From NCBI GenBank assembly GCA_030141605.1, contig JAQGDQ010000215.1, positions 310,001-374,000 of the forward strand: a stretch of DNA of 64,000 nucleotides, read 5' to 3'. Below are positions 38,201 to 50,055 of this stretch, piece by piece. The notes under the pieces were generated by a model. It searched no databases. It was not told the origin of the DNA and worked only from the letters and a program-made list of their open reading frames with translations. The first letter of the stretch is position 1. Each line of letters begins with the position of its first letter. The position numbers were made by a program, and so were the translations under genes. This DNA comes from Tubiluchus corallicola (lineage: Eukaryota; Animalia; Priapulida).

Positions 38201-39173
38201 AAATAACAGATCACAAAAAGTGCTTAAGAACGTGCTAAAGGTTATTACTATTTAGACAAATAAAAAATTAGATTTAAGAAGACTGAAACACAAATTATTA
38301 CTTAATGATTCTAGAGATTTGAAGCAATTCTAACCAATTTAAACTATTGACTAATTATTAAAGTAGATGGTGACTTACATTTATTGGTGACAACATTGGC
38401 TTGAAAATACAACTAGTGACTCTTAAATTGTAGCAAAATAGACAAAGCAATGCAAGTATCACCAAACGGCATGATCAACATAGCGGCAACAGAAAATCTA
38501 ACTGCGTGTAAAAACAACTGTGATTGATAGGTGGCGTATACTACTAAAGCTTAGGTCACATGACTATATATATATATACACTTTCAGGAAATGCATGTTT
38601 GTAAAAATACGGAAAAAACAAATAACTATAGAATGCTAGATTAAATTGCTTGACACCAACAGATATCTTTCATCACTAAATGTCAGAGAACTATCACTTA
38701 TTATCACAAAGAGCTTATGTTGAAATAAAAAAATTTCTGGACCTGTACTCATATTTTCATATTTTTACTGTAACTCCGTATACCCAGTGGCCATATTGGC
38801 CTTATTTTGACAATTTGTTTAAAAATATTTGTTCAAATCTCTACAAACTTAAATACGTCGAATATGCAAAAAGATCTTATCAACACATCATTAGATATCA
38901 AAGCTACAGAGTCATGGGAGTCTGCGGTTGACAGGGCAGCTTGGTCTAAAGTGATTAGGAGTGTCATGTTAGAGGTCGTGTGACTCCAGAGATGATGATG
39001 ATAACGAATATGCAAACTAGAATAGCAATAAACGCTAACTTGTAAATTTTGCTGTTTCAGGGAAAATTGGTGATTGGAAAAATTACTTTACAGTTGCTGA
39101 AAGCGAAGCGTTCGATCAGCTTTACCATGAAAAAATGGCTGCAGTTTCAGGACTCGACTTTGAATTTGAGTAG
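33283..39173 (+). CDS. Cytosolic PAPS-dependent sulfotransferase (SULT family), 318 aa, 6 coding exons
   Basis: join(33283..33448,34167..34399,34518..34653,35317..35411,36779..36992,39061..39173), 957 nt in frame. 5'PSB loop SYPKSGTVW, catalytic His in LLVSH, 3'[47 protein letters not shown]. The 95-nt and 113-nt exons match vertebrate SULT1 exon sizes. Intron 4 is GC-AG. Confidence 0.93.
35048..35240. repeat. (GTT)n/(GTC)n microsatellite
   Basis: Directly visible. Confidence 0.9.
35953..36567. mobile_element. PIF/Harbinger-like MITE in SULT intron 4
   Basis: TIRs GGCCCATTTCACAGCGAGG / CCTCAATGTGAAAGGGGCC flanked by TTA and TAA. An inverted homologue lies at 63493-64000. Confidence 0.75.
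37035..37410. mobile_element. MITE in SULT intron 5
   Basis: TIRs CAATAAACTTTTTCGCAGTT / AACTGTGAAAAGGCTTATTG (17/20), plus inner inverted repeat GTCAAAGATTAAGTGTACCA / TGGTACACTTAACCTTTGAC. Confidence 0.7.
37143..38412 (+). repeat. 1.27-kb direct duplication, copy 1 (SULT intron 5)
   Basis: Nearly identical to 42444-43736, including a 14-bp CATAACCTAGATGT mini-array. Confidence 0.95.
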
Positions 39174-39196
39174 AAGACGAACTCTTATAAATTTAT

Positions 39197-39202
39197 AATA
39201 AA
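39197..39202 (+). promoter_or_regulatory. Candidate polyadenylation signal of the SULT gene
   Basis: AATAAA 23 nt after the stop codon. Confidence 0.45.
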
Positions 39203-40299
39203 AGATATTTTAAGTACGCAAAGGTTTTAAATCAGCATCATGTCGTGTGCACTAAAAATCAACTGTTCTCAAATTAGCTGAAACTGTGTTTAATTGCGCT
39301 TATGCTACATTATAATGTCATAGAACATACGCTTAGTATATCCAAAGATACAGACTAGGCAAAGTCTATACCATGGTTAATAAATCAACTTACACACTGC
39401 TTGTATACGCCCCGATAGCAGACCTGTGCAAACAAATGACGACGTTCAGTACTGGTTCAGGCTAAAACAAATAACTGAACCACACATTTTATAGAGCACA
39501 GTATTGAATAATTGTAGGAGTAATCTGTCAATAAAAGATTGAGACAATCAGTTAATATTATGACACTTTATTGCTGGCTACGCCACTAAATTTCCGCGCG
39601 GTTAAAAAATGCGTGTCTAACTAGCAAATGGATGGATGACCAACAACTGTATTGCTCGTTGGTAGCTTCATTCGCCGCTTATAGTGCTCACAGCCATTTC
39701 TGAATACGCAACAGAACGTGGCTAAGACACCTCTGGCAAATCAGAGGATTAGCTAGATGAGCTAGAGGCCAGACTTACAAGAACAAGTTGAATTAGATTA
39801 TTCCTGCTATTGTTGTGTAATTGTTATTATTAACTTGTTATTGTCTGTAGTGCTGCTATCATTGTTATTAGGTTTATTGTTATTATAAGTGTGTCGTGGC
39901 TACAATGCACAAATTCAATAGCTTATATATATACATACATAACACATACATTCACTATATACCAAAGTAAATAGCATTACTTACCCTATTATATCTGATG
40001 TAATTGTAACGCAACAGTATGTGTGAATATTTACTCATGTGATATGTAAAGATAAATATTTGTATACTATATACATTGGTATATTCATAATGCAAAGTCT
40101 AGACTAGAATGTAAACTATTGCGTCAACAAGTCTATAAACATGGGTACAGTGGTTCACGTGTGCTCTGACACGGTTTCTGCCTAGACTTCTTATACTGTT
40201 CTCATTTAACACAGCCAGTGAGCAGAGAACTGGATTAACAGATAAATTTATGTTACAATAGAGGGTATGTATCAACAACACACAAAGTTGGAATGAGAT

Positions 40300-41560
40300 T
40301 TTCTAGCCAAGGTTAATATTTGTTTCAATGCTTTTCGTTATTCAGTAAATAGCGTCGTCATGCAGTTCTTTGATAAATCATTAACTGAGGAAATACGTAG
40401 AAGGAGCAGCAGTAAGCGTTAAACAATTTAAGCATTACTCGTTTATCTGTCACTAACTTAAAGGAGCACAAAATAGCATTTTACAGACGAAACAAATTCT
40501 TTTTAAATCTTAGAACATCAGCAATTTCATCAGGGTTTGATGTTAGTTTGTGACCCAAACGACACAGTTCCATGGTCCAATTTAACACTGCACCATTAAC
40601 TATAATTCTAGGTAAATTAATTAAGTTCTGGTTGTTTGTAAATTAAATACACTTTGTTTTACACGAGTTTAAGAAAGTTACGCTATGCTTGTCAGCATAC
40701 TGGATGCTTATTACACGAGTTAAGAAAGTTATGCTAAGCTTGTCCGCATACTGGATGCATATACTGAGCATTGATTAAAGGCAGATTGCAGGGGGTGCCA
40801 GCAGGGTTACATCATCTGCATACCCCAGAGCACCAGCGTAAGTGTTCAGCAAGTGACATCCAAGCTTGTGCCGATTAACAGACATTACTAGACATCTATA
40901 TAATATGGTGAACAAAATTCCAAACCGGACACTACCTTGGCATATTCCATTGGTTGTCGTGAAAGCGAAAGACTTAGTATTGTCCCACTGAATGCTCACA
41001 TTTTGGTTTAAGTAAATACTTCACATTAGTACAAAAACACGTTTTGGAAGGTTACAGTTTCTTTTTCTTGTTTTCAAAACAGCTTTCCAATGTTCACATT
41101 GCCGATGAGGCAACAGCACACGGGCGAATTCTTTACCACATAATAGTTTACAGTTTCTTTCAATATTAACGTACACGGATCTGTTGAGCAGCTTTTCATG
41201 TAGACATATTGCAAATCGCAGCTTGTAAGATCGTCTCGAAATTTATTGAGCATGATCCAGTCTATGAATTTCAATATACATGACGTCAGGGCAATACTCT
41301 ATAGTATGATTTTTCATTTAGCTTCTTACAAAGATCTTCTATTCTAGGCGTGATGGTACTGGCACTGATTGCCTGTGGACAATATCCATGTCTTAGCATG
41401 GCATTCACCAGGAATTTTAGACGAATGTTTAACATTCTTGAACCATTTATCGCTGGACAGACCTATAGTGAGCCGTCCAGTTTACTTAGTTTCAGCTTAG
41501 AGACAGCAGAAGTTATGTCACTTATCGATACTGAAACTTCATTGCACTGTTCTTCTCCAT
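40300..41560 (-). mobile_element. Degenerate LINE reverse transcriptase fragment (L2/CR1-type)
   Basis: Minus-strand frames give NGICQGSVRFGILFTI and GALGYADDVTLLAP (YADD catalytic motif), plus LQY..KSCSTD.C..ILKETV.YY. Interrupted by stops and frameshifts. Confidence 0.88.
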
Positions 41561-41725
41561 AGCCAAGCTTATTATACGTATTGTTTATTCCTTCATAGCT
41601 TGTGCCAACGCTGTTATGTAGTGTCTGGTAATTGTGAGTAAAGTCGTTAGCAATATCTTTTGGATTATCCTTGCCATCAATGCTTGTGCCATCGCAGTTT
41701 TTTCATTTTTCCCTGTTATAGTATA

Positions 41726-43822
41726 GGGCGCCGAGTAACCCACTAGCCGAAGTAGGACACTTCCGGTAAAAGGTAAATTTGCGGAAAAGCAGTGCCGGAC
41801 ATGAGCAGCCCAGGTAGGGCACATGCGATTTCTGTCAAGAATTGAGATTTATGACATAATAAAGCATAAAAGTAAATTTGTTTTAGAAAAAAGTAACTTT
41901 ATAATAATGATGAATAGTCCTTGACGATTTACAGATGTATTTTTTACAACAATATCATCATTATTATTAGCTCCATTAATATCATCATAATATTAAACTA
42001 AGTATCTGATGCTTTAAAGAGAGAAACTATGTAGGGCACATAACTCGCTAACCTGTTTACTTAGTAGAAAACAATTATTTGTCCAAGAGGGAGTGAAAAG
42101 GATCACCTGCCTGTGAAGCAAGACAAAATAAAAAAATGCAATACCGTAAGCAAATGTTGCAATCGCCTGAAAAGTGCACTTATTTCACTTCAAAGAAGAT
42201 TAATATTGGCAAATATTTATTCTTCTAGCTTAGAATAAAATACTTTTATTTTATCAGATGTATAATAAATTATTCAACATGTATTGACGTTTTTAATTAT
42301 TATTATCACATAAACAAGGACAACGGAAGGTGCCAGTATGCTTAACTACTCAATTCGCGACTTGTCTCTAGTGTCCTACTTGCGCAGCCCATGTACGACG
42401 CGTCCTACTTGGGCTAGCCCATGTCATGTCATGTCAATGTCATGTAAAGCAAAGCCGTCTGCCGCATCAGTTCAGCAAACTTCATTTGTTTTACGTAGAC
42501 TTCAGTTAGTTATGCATTAGTCTAGGGTGATTTACTAGCAGAACTTGCTTGGGAACAAGAAAAAATGAATCAGGTAAGGTTCTAATTAAGTGTTAAAACG
42601 GTTGCCATTACAATAACACAGGCTGCGAGGCGTTGTTAAGTGTACACAAATGCGTTGTCTGGTACACTTAACCTTTGACCTTTTCACGATCATCAGGAAT
42701 CGCTGGACCTGTGAAAAGGTTTATTGGGAAACTGCGTGCCCAGTATCCAGGTCCTAAATTTTACATAACGGGTAATAGCTATACGATTATGTTATTTCTC
42801 AAGTTTCTGAAGTTGTTATTGGTGTAGAACATTATGAACGAGTTTGGAGGGTTATTCTGTTACCAAATCTGAAGATTTTTGTGATGATTGCGATTATATA
42901 TTATAAGGACAGAACTGGATAAAATAGAAAATGTCAGCTCAAAATTATGATAAGTTATCACTAATACACGGTGCATATTTTTAAAAAACATGAGGCCCAT
43001 TTTCCCGGCCATTTCATCACCAGAATCAGATTGGTAATGTATTATTACAATTACCCATTGAAGATCAGATGATGTATTAATTGAAACCTTTTTATTACTG
43101 CTTGTATGGAAGATGCTCTTACATAACTCTTTACTGGTTTTTAATCGCCGACAGTTTATTTATAAAAATCCTTTTTCTGCTGCTTCTCATAACCTAGATG
43201 TCAATCTAGATGTCATAACCTAGATGTCATAACCTAGATGTCATAACCTAGATGTCATAGCCTAGATGTCATAACCTCGATGTCATAATATAGACATTCC
43301 TAGATGTAGAGCAACGGCTTATATTTTTCCTCGAGTTTTTTTGTCCTCTCTTCCGTTTTTCTAGCTTTTTGTCTTTCCCACCCTGCAGCTTTTAACTACC
43401 AGGAAACAGGTTCCCTGAAAACTACAACTTCATTTGATTCTAGAAGAATGTTCATCACAGATATTGTGGATGCGCCCAGTCCAGGCAAAGAAACGGCAAA
43501 AATCAGTACTGAACTGCGCGATGGACCTGCAATTTATTAAAATAACAGATCACAAAAAGTGCTTAAGAACGTGCTAAAGGTTATTACTATTTAGACAAAT
43601 AAAAAATTAGATTTAAGAAGACTGAAACACAAATTATTACTTAATGATTCTAGAGATTTGAAGCAATTCTCTAGCCAATTTAAACTATTAACTACTTATT
43701 AAAGTAGATGGTGACAACTTTGGCTTGAAAATACAAATGCTAGCCCATGTACGACACGTCCTACTTGAGCTATCCCATGTATGCCAATTGTCCTACTTTG
43801 GCTAGTGGGTTACTCAGCGCCC
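41726..43822. mobile_element. Non-autonomous TIR element (34-bp TIRs) carrying a 1.3-kb insert
   Basis: GGGCGCCGAGTAACCCACTAGCCGAAGTAGGACA at 41726 and its reverse complement (2 mismatches) ending at 43822. Subterminal GTCCTACTT..GCCCATGT repeats. Confidence 0.85.
42444..43736 (+). repeat. 1.29-kb direct duplication, copy 2
   Basis: Matches 37143-38412 with small indels. Confidence 0.95.
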
Positions 43823-44513
43823 AACAATATTATTATTATACATGATGGCAAATTCAGGGTTATTTTGTTGAACAAAGCCTTAAGTCAACTGACAGTTGAC
43901 CTGGCCATTATTTCGTGTCTGATCACAATTAAAATCGCCACCCAGTATCACATGAATATAATAGTTGTTTGATTTCCTGGATGCTGTTAAGAGTATCTCC
44001 AAAGTCACAGCTCACGTTAACTGGGTAACTATCAGTTTGCATGTAGCAATTTATTAACACTTTACTGAACACGTTTCAGAATTCTATTTCAGCAGCAGAT
44101 AATCTATTACAATTGCAGTTATTGGTTGTAATATGCCCGCTTAGGTGCTTTTTCCATACGATTCTAGTCCTGCCATAGTGTCTTTGTTGAATTGACATTG
44201 GCACAATTAAGTCACCTTTTTGCAAATTTCACAGCCGCAATTTAATTACACCAGACGTACTAGTCTTTTTGCCATAAGTGAATTGTTTTTTCTGCGTGAA
44301 ATTGTTTTAATTAACTAGCCTACAGTCTTGGACTTGACAATTCTGCACGCATTTCTTTCTGAAAGGTGGCGAGCGGAAGCTCATTTTTATAGCAAATTCG
44401 GTTTGAATTGAACTAATCAATAATAATTGGAATTTAAAGGTTTTCCTCCTGGCCTTGGTTATCTGTGAGCAAGCCAATACGAAGTAATTAGCAAGGCCTC
44501 GCAATAAGTCTAA

Positions 44514-47500
44514 ATGAGTGCGGTAGCTAATATTGGAGGTAAAATTACCGTGTTAACTACAAAATTTTAGTGCAGCAAATTAATGCAATCATTCGCACGA
44601 TAAAAAGTTTACTCAGCATGTGCTTCATACAAACTAGTTGGAGGAGGTGTACAGATGTAGTTATCAATAATCTGTGCGATTGCGATTGCGATTGCGATAC
44701 TCGACTCTCTCCACCTATCCGAGGCGGGCACCTTTATAGGGTGCAAAGTCTCTTCTTCTTTAACGCTGATCTTTTATTTGTCTTTTCCAAGTTTAATGTC
44801 TTTATTTGTCTTTATCCTGTATTCCATACATTCGTTCACTAGATTTCTAATTTCTAGCAATCCTTCCTTTTCACTGTTCATTAATACTTCTGAGTTCAAA
44901 ATTTTTTTCCATTCTCAGCATACAACACTTTTCTCAGAAAAACAAATTCTGAAATTGCTTATTTGAAATGTTGGGCTATGATTTATTTTTGCTGTACTAT
45001 GCGTTTTTCTGTTTCTAAATGTTTAGTCTGATATTCAGAATTGAGAGAAGCCTACAGGCCACCAGAAGATGCTTTCAAAGAGGATGAACTAGTCAGAAAA
45101 GAACCATTTGCTCAATTTGAAAGTTGGTATGAAGAAGCAAAGCACTGTGGAAAAGTCCAGCTACCTATATATATGCATTTAGCTACTTGTGATAAGTAAG
45201 TTGTGATATGACTATAGCAGAATCTTTTCTTCTAAAGTGCTATATGCAACAAAAAAACAACTATGTTGAGGAATGGCATAGCAGAAACCACACGGCTTTT
45301 TTAGCAAAAGCCAAACAATCAAAAAGACCCCTTTATGATTATACTTAAAAGTTGATGACTAAAGTTACTATATTGTGTAGCAATTAGTTAACAGAACTGA
45401 GTAGAAATTCTGAAAATTTGTATGGAGGTTAGAAAGAAATGATCGCAAAAGGGATCACGTAAAATTATGATAAATTACCACATAAATTAACTGATTGGCA
45501 TACGTCAATGGTAGAGTGCTCTCTTCCCACCCAGGAGGCGTGGGTTCAACTCCTGACCGAGTGACGATATCGTTGGTTCTTCGACCAAGCACGTAGATTT
45601 ATCGAAGTAACATGAGGCCAATAATAATCGAGATCTCCTTGGAAATAAGTATTGAGTTACTTAAGGTGTTATCCCTGGTCTGCGCCTTAAAAGAAATTAT
45701 CATTATTGTTGGAGAAAAGGGCTGCAGACATTTTTGAGGTGACAAAGTTTGATTGCGATAGTGATCATGATCATTACAACCCTGAACACAATGTATAGGT
45801 CTTGGTTATAATTTGTAATACTCAAAAACTAATTGATTGTCAGTGTATTTAATTTCGTGGTGTGGGCTTTCAAGTGGAATTTATGTTATTTTTGTTAGTG
45901 TACATTTATTTCAGAGCTGGCAGACCATCTGTGAGACCCGTTCAACTATCAGACTTTAACAAAGAAGGTTTTGTTTTCTTTACAAGTGAATCCAGTCGGA
46001 AAGCTAAAGATATAGTAAGTCCAAGATAATAAAAAACTATGTAACTTTCAGTTCAAATGACAAAATGATTACTAATTAGATATTTAGAAAACCTATATAA
46101 ATAGTTGTTAAAATTTTCTTATTGTCTCCTGGTGGTCACTTTTGTGAAAAGCTCACTTTAGCCTGTATGTGGCTTGGTGATTATTTATAAGCCAGCAATA
46201 TGTTTGCCAATTAGCCATTTCTTCTGTTCTAAACTATTGTAATGTAGCCTTTTTTCATATGCTTGCTAACTACTTTGACCCTTTCACTATGGAAGGCGGT
46301 ACACTGTCGCCTATGTTTTTCATGCAAGGGACGGAAGGCGGCAGATTGCCGCCCAAGCACAGTCACCCAGGTCTGTTTGTTTCACTGCTACGCTAAGTAA
46401 TATGACTTTTGCATAAATTGGCTTCTAAATATTAGTGTGTACTTATTTGTGAGGGTTTGAGCTTGAATGCATATATGTGTGTGCACGTGTATAAATAAAA
46501 CTAATATTCAATATTAGTGTTTAATAACAAATGGCTATTTGTTTATTTACAAGATCCTGTTTTAGTAACATACCACAAGAAGTTATTGTCAAATGTGCAA
46601 AAAGCTAATGCAGCCCTGTTAAAAGCAACTACATAGTGAAAGGGTTAAATTGACTTGGAAAGACCAAGAAGAAAATGCATAAAACAGTTGGTAAGAATAA
46701 TGAACATAGATGTGATTGTTGGCCTTACTGTTTTGTATGATGATATGTTACTGAAGATATTAAAGAAAATTATGGCAGATAACTTTCATCTTCTGTGTGA
46801 AGAATTCTTGTTTCTCCCGCACATAAGTAAGATTAGATGTACCCTTTTCAAGTCTAAATTGCTTTTTTTCCACTTCAATCAAAACATTTAATAATAGCTG
46901 AACACCTTAAACACGTTTCAATTTTTTAGCTTCATTTTAGTTGTAACATTTAGTTTTGCATGTACAATTGAATTTAATTACAGTTGCAAACTTGTGCAAA
47001 TTGTTTCTTAACTAGTTTGTGCAAAGCATAAAGAAAATTTATGTACGTATGCATAAAGAAAAATGTATACAAATACTATAGTATATATGATCAACAAAGA
47101 TGTCTATGTCTATGTGTATTAGCAATAGCATAGTTATACCTTCTTAAATTAGTGGGAATAGCATAAGGATAGAATCAAAGCTGTACAGTTTATGAGTAAA
47201 GTCAAAGTTCAAAATCCATGCTTGATCATTGTTACAAAATAAGTTATGTTGTTCGATGTTAAATGAGTTAATATCTACAATTAATATCTACGTAACTGAT
47301 TGACAGCAAAAGAATTCTACAGTCACGTCACTGATGTGAACTTAGCTGATTTCCATCTGTAAAGTAATGAACAAGATAGCGTGTTCATCTGCTGCTTGCT
47401 TACACAATTTCAAAAACATTATAAAAGAATATAAATATGTAACTAAGCCATTGTTAGTTTACCGACGACGTGTTCACACCAAGAAAACTTGCTAGTCTGA

Positions 47501-50055
47501 ACATTGTTACTGAGCTGAGAAACAAATTCCGTTGAATCGAACCCAAGACGGTAGTATTCAAAGCCATGGCTTGTAGCTTTAATGGTGACAGGTACAGTCA
47601 GCATTTTGAGTAAATAATTGTGTTTTTCTGCTTTCAGGAGGAGAATCCTTTTTGTGCAATAACGTTTTATTGGGACATTCTTAGACGAAGTGTGAGTTTC
47701 TAACATACATTAAATTAAGTTTGTTACCAACTTTTGTACATTAGCAGTTTCGTTCTTCTTAAATTGAGTAGAACAAAGTGTTTATCAAGTGGGACTTCTA
47801 CTTGAAACAAAGTACTAATAAGATTGGATGTTTTTAAATACCCTGCCAATGAGAATCAGGCTAAGAGTGACTTGTTGTCTGTGAGAATTAATTGCAGATC
47901 AAATATTGACCAGAACATAAGAGGCTCAAGTCTTAAGATTCTAAATCTTATTGAAGTGACTAGTATCTTTTCTTCACGTATACGTGCCTAAGAAAGCCAC
48001 AAACCTGTATCCTATGATAAAACCAGTTTTTCAAATTAATGATTGTGGCAGGACCAATACCTATCTGACTATCAATGGTGATTATCTATACTCTCGTAGA
48101 GAGAAACCGACAGAGGTATCCATCTACCCACCATCTTTCCGTGCACAAGAGAATTAGCTGGCAGTGGTATGGCAGGTATTCCTGCACAGAACCATTTCTC
48201 CTGGTAATCACTCATTCTTGCACTAAACATGTCCAGCATGCTTAACTTTGGATATTATCTCTCTTTTCCGAATGCTTAACCATTTTCCTAGCAAATTGAG
48301 AAAGTGGGAAGCGAAGGTACGCGTTGCAAAATTTCTACACTTCACTCAGAAGTTCAGTTATTCTCGTGTTGTATTTAACTGTGTTTAAGTAAAAATTGGT
48401 CACTGGATCAATTATGACCAAATTTAAAGTGGTTACAGTCAACCTCGGATATAAAGGACACTTCCGGACCAGAAAAAATCGTCCCTTATATCCGATGTCC
48501 CTTATAGCCGCAGTTGAGTCAGACTGAGGGTGTATCTAGACCTGTACTTTTCTGTACTTTTACCCATATTTTTATGGATTATTGTTACACATTCAGTGCA
48601 AACAGTATGCAGGAAGCTCCTTCCATGATGCGAGACGGATGTGACCATGGAAACCGTGCTGTTCGAAGGCCGAGTTTGCGAAAAATTGAGGTTAAAAATC
48701 AATCAATTTCACTTTGATCAGAGGGTCCCTTATACGCGAGGCAATTTACCTGGGTTTCTATTACACGGGACCTGAAGATATCGTCCCTTAAACCGAAAGT
48801 CCCTTATATCCGAGTATCTTATATACGAAAATTTTTATAAGGAAAAATGCTACGAAAAATCGGGACCGGTGTTGGTGGACCCTTATAGGCAAATGTCCTT
48901 TATAAGTGAGTACCTTATACACAAGGTTGACTGTACATAGCTTTAATCCACAGGATTATATCTTAAAATGTGCAAATAATATACATTAATTGTTTAAATA
49001 ATTAGTTTGCAGATTTTTGTTGACTTTAATGTATGCCTGCAAACTTGCGAGCATATAGTATGTGCTGGATGGGTTACTTTGTTTATAAAGTTCACTCTAC
49101 AAGACAAAAAAAGATTGCTGAAGCATCTGGTAGAATAACTGTTTATATTGCACGGGAACTAGACGTGCCATGTTTCATTCAAAATAAGCGCACAGAAGCG
49201 TAAAGTGATCGCAACTTTTACTTGATTTTACTAATTACATAAGGTGCTTATCACAATCTCACTGCTGAAACTTTCTAACATTTTTCCTGAATATTAAGAT
49301 AAATTCAACTTCCCGAAAGACTTTGCTTCTGCTTTAAGCAGAGTTGGTTTCATGAATTCTGACGTTTGCTGCTTGTATTATTCAATTGCAAGGTATTCAT
49401 TACAATTATACAGGTGCGCATTGAAGGAAAGGCTCAAAAGATGTCGGAGGCAAATGCACAAAAATTTTGGGGAACACCCACTCTTAGCCACATCGCTGCT
49501 TGTTGCAGTAAACAGGACATTCTGCTGAAAAGTCGACAGGTGCAGTTTTGTCTTTTTCTTGCATTTATGTTTATGCAACTTGTGTGAGTAAACAAACCTT
49601 CATTTGTTTAATCGTTTTTATAGGCAATTGCAGTCACATTCGGGTTTCATTGAAATAAAATTGCTCCTTTATTAACTGTTCACTTATCATGCTTATTTTT
49701 TCAGAAATTAGAGGAAGAATACAAAGACCTAATGCGCAATTATCCTGAAGATGCTATTGCTCCCATTCCAGATAGTTGGTGGGTTTTCTATTATTTGTGG
49801 CTCAGTGTTGCAGTAAATTGAATTAAATTCTCATAATTTTGTTTTGAGTAAATCACTGAATGATTTCTGTTTACTCAACATTGTTACAGGCATGGATACT
49901 TAGTCATTCCTGAAATGTTTGAGTTCTGGCAAGGACAATCCAATCGTCTTCACGACAGAATTTGCTTTAAAAGAGCTTCTTGCATCGAAAAATTTGACTC
50001 AGAGGTCATGAGGGAAGGAGAAGATGGCTGGACTTATTGGAGAATGTTTCCATAA
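44514..50055 (+). CDS. PNPO: Pyridoxine/pyridoxamine 5'-phosphate oxidase-like FMN oxidase (divergent), 233 aa, 7 coding exons
   Basis: join(44514..44538,45039..45195,45915..46014,47638..47691,49414..49539,49705..49778,49890..50055), 702 nt, all GT-AG. Peptides: [77 protein letters not shown]. The 100-nt and 54-nt exons match human PNPO. The first exon (25 nt) is less certain. Confidence 0.92.
45494..45710 (+). mobile_element. tRNA-Gly-derived SINE in PNPO intron 2
   Basis: Head TCAATGGTAGAGTGCTCTCTTCCCACCCAGGAGGCGTGGGTTCAACTCCTGACCG parallels tRNA-Gly(CCC) with A and B boxes. The stems are broken and a non-tRNA body follows. Confidence 0.7.
46279..46644. mobile_element. piggyBac-like MITE
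   Basis: Perfect 13-bp TIR CCCTTTCACTATG / CATAGTGAAAGGG, flanked by TTGA and TTAA. Confidence 0.85.
48190..48255 (-). pseudogene. Degenerate 5S rRNA-derived fragment
   Basis: TTTCTCCTGGTAATCACTCATTCTTGCACTAAACATGTCCAGCATGCTTAACTT resembles the reverse complement of the 5S A-box to C-box region. Confidence 0.4.
48436..48933. mobile_element. pogo/Tigger-like MITE
   Basis: TA|CAGTCAACCTCGGATATAA...TTATACACAAGGTTGACTG|TA. TA TSD; internal CCCTTATA repeats. Confidence 0.88.
49150..49333. mobile_element. Kolobok-like family A, partial copy 3
   Basis: AAGTGATCGC...TTCTAACATTTTTC...GCT|TTAA aligns with the right part of 11084-11612. Confidence 0.5.

Noticed and set aside
45494-45565. Functional tRNA-Gly gene
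   Set aside because: The acceptor and anticodon stems do not pair properly and a SINE-like body follows.
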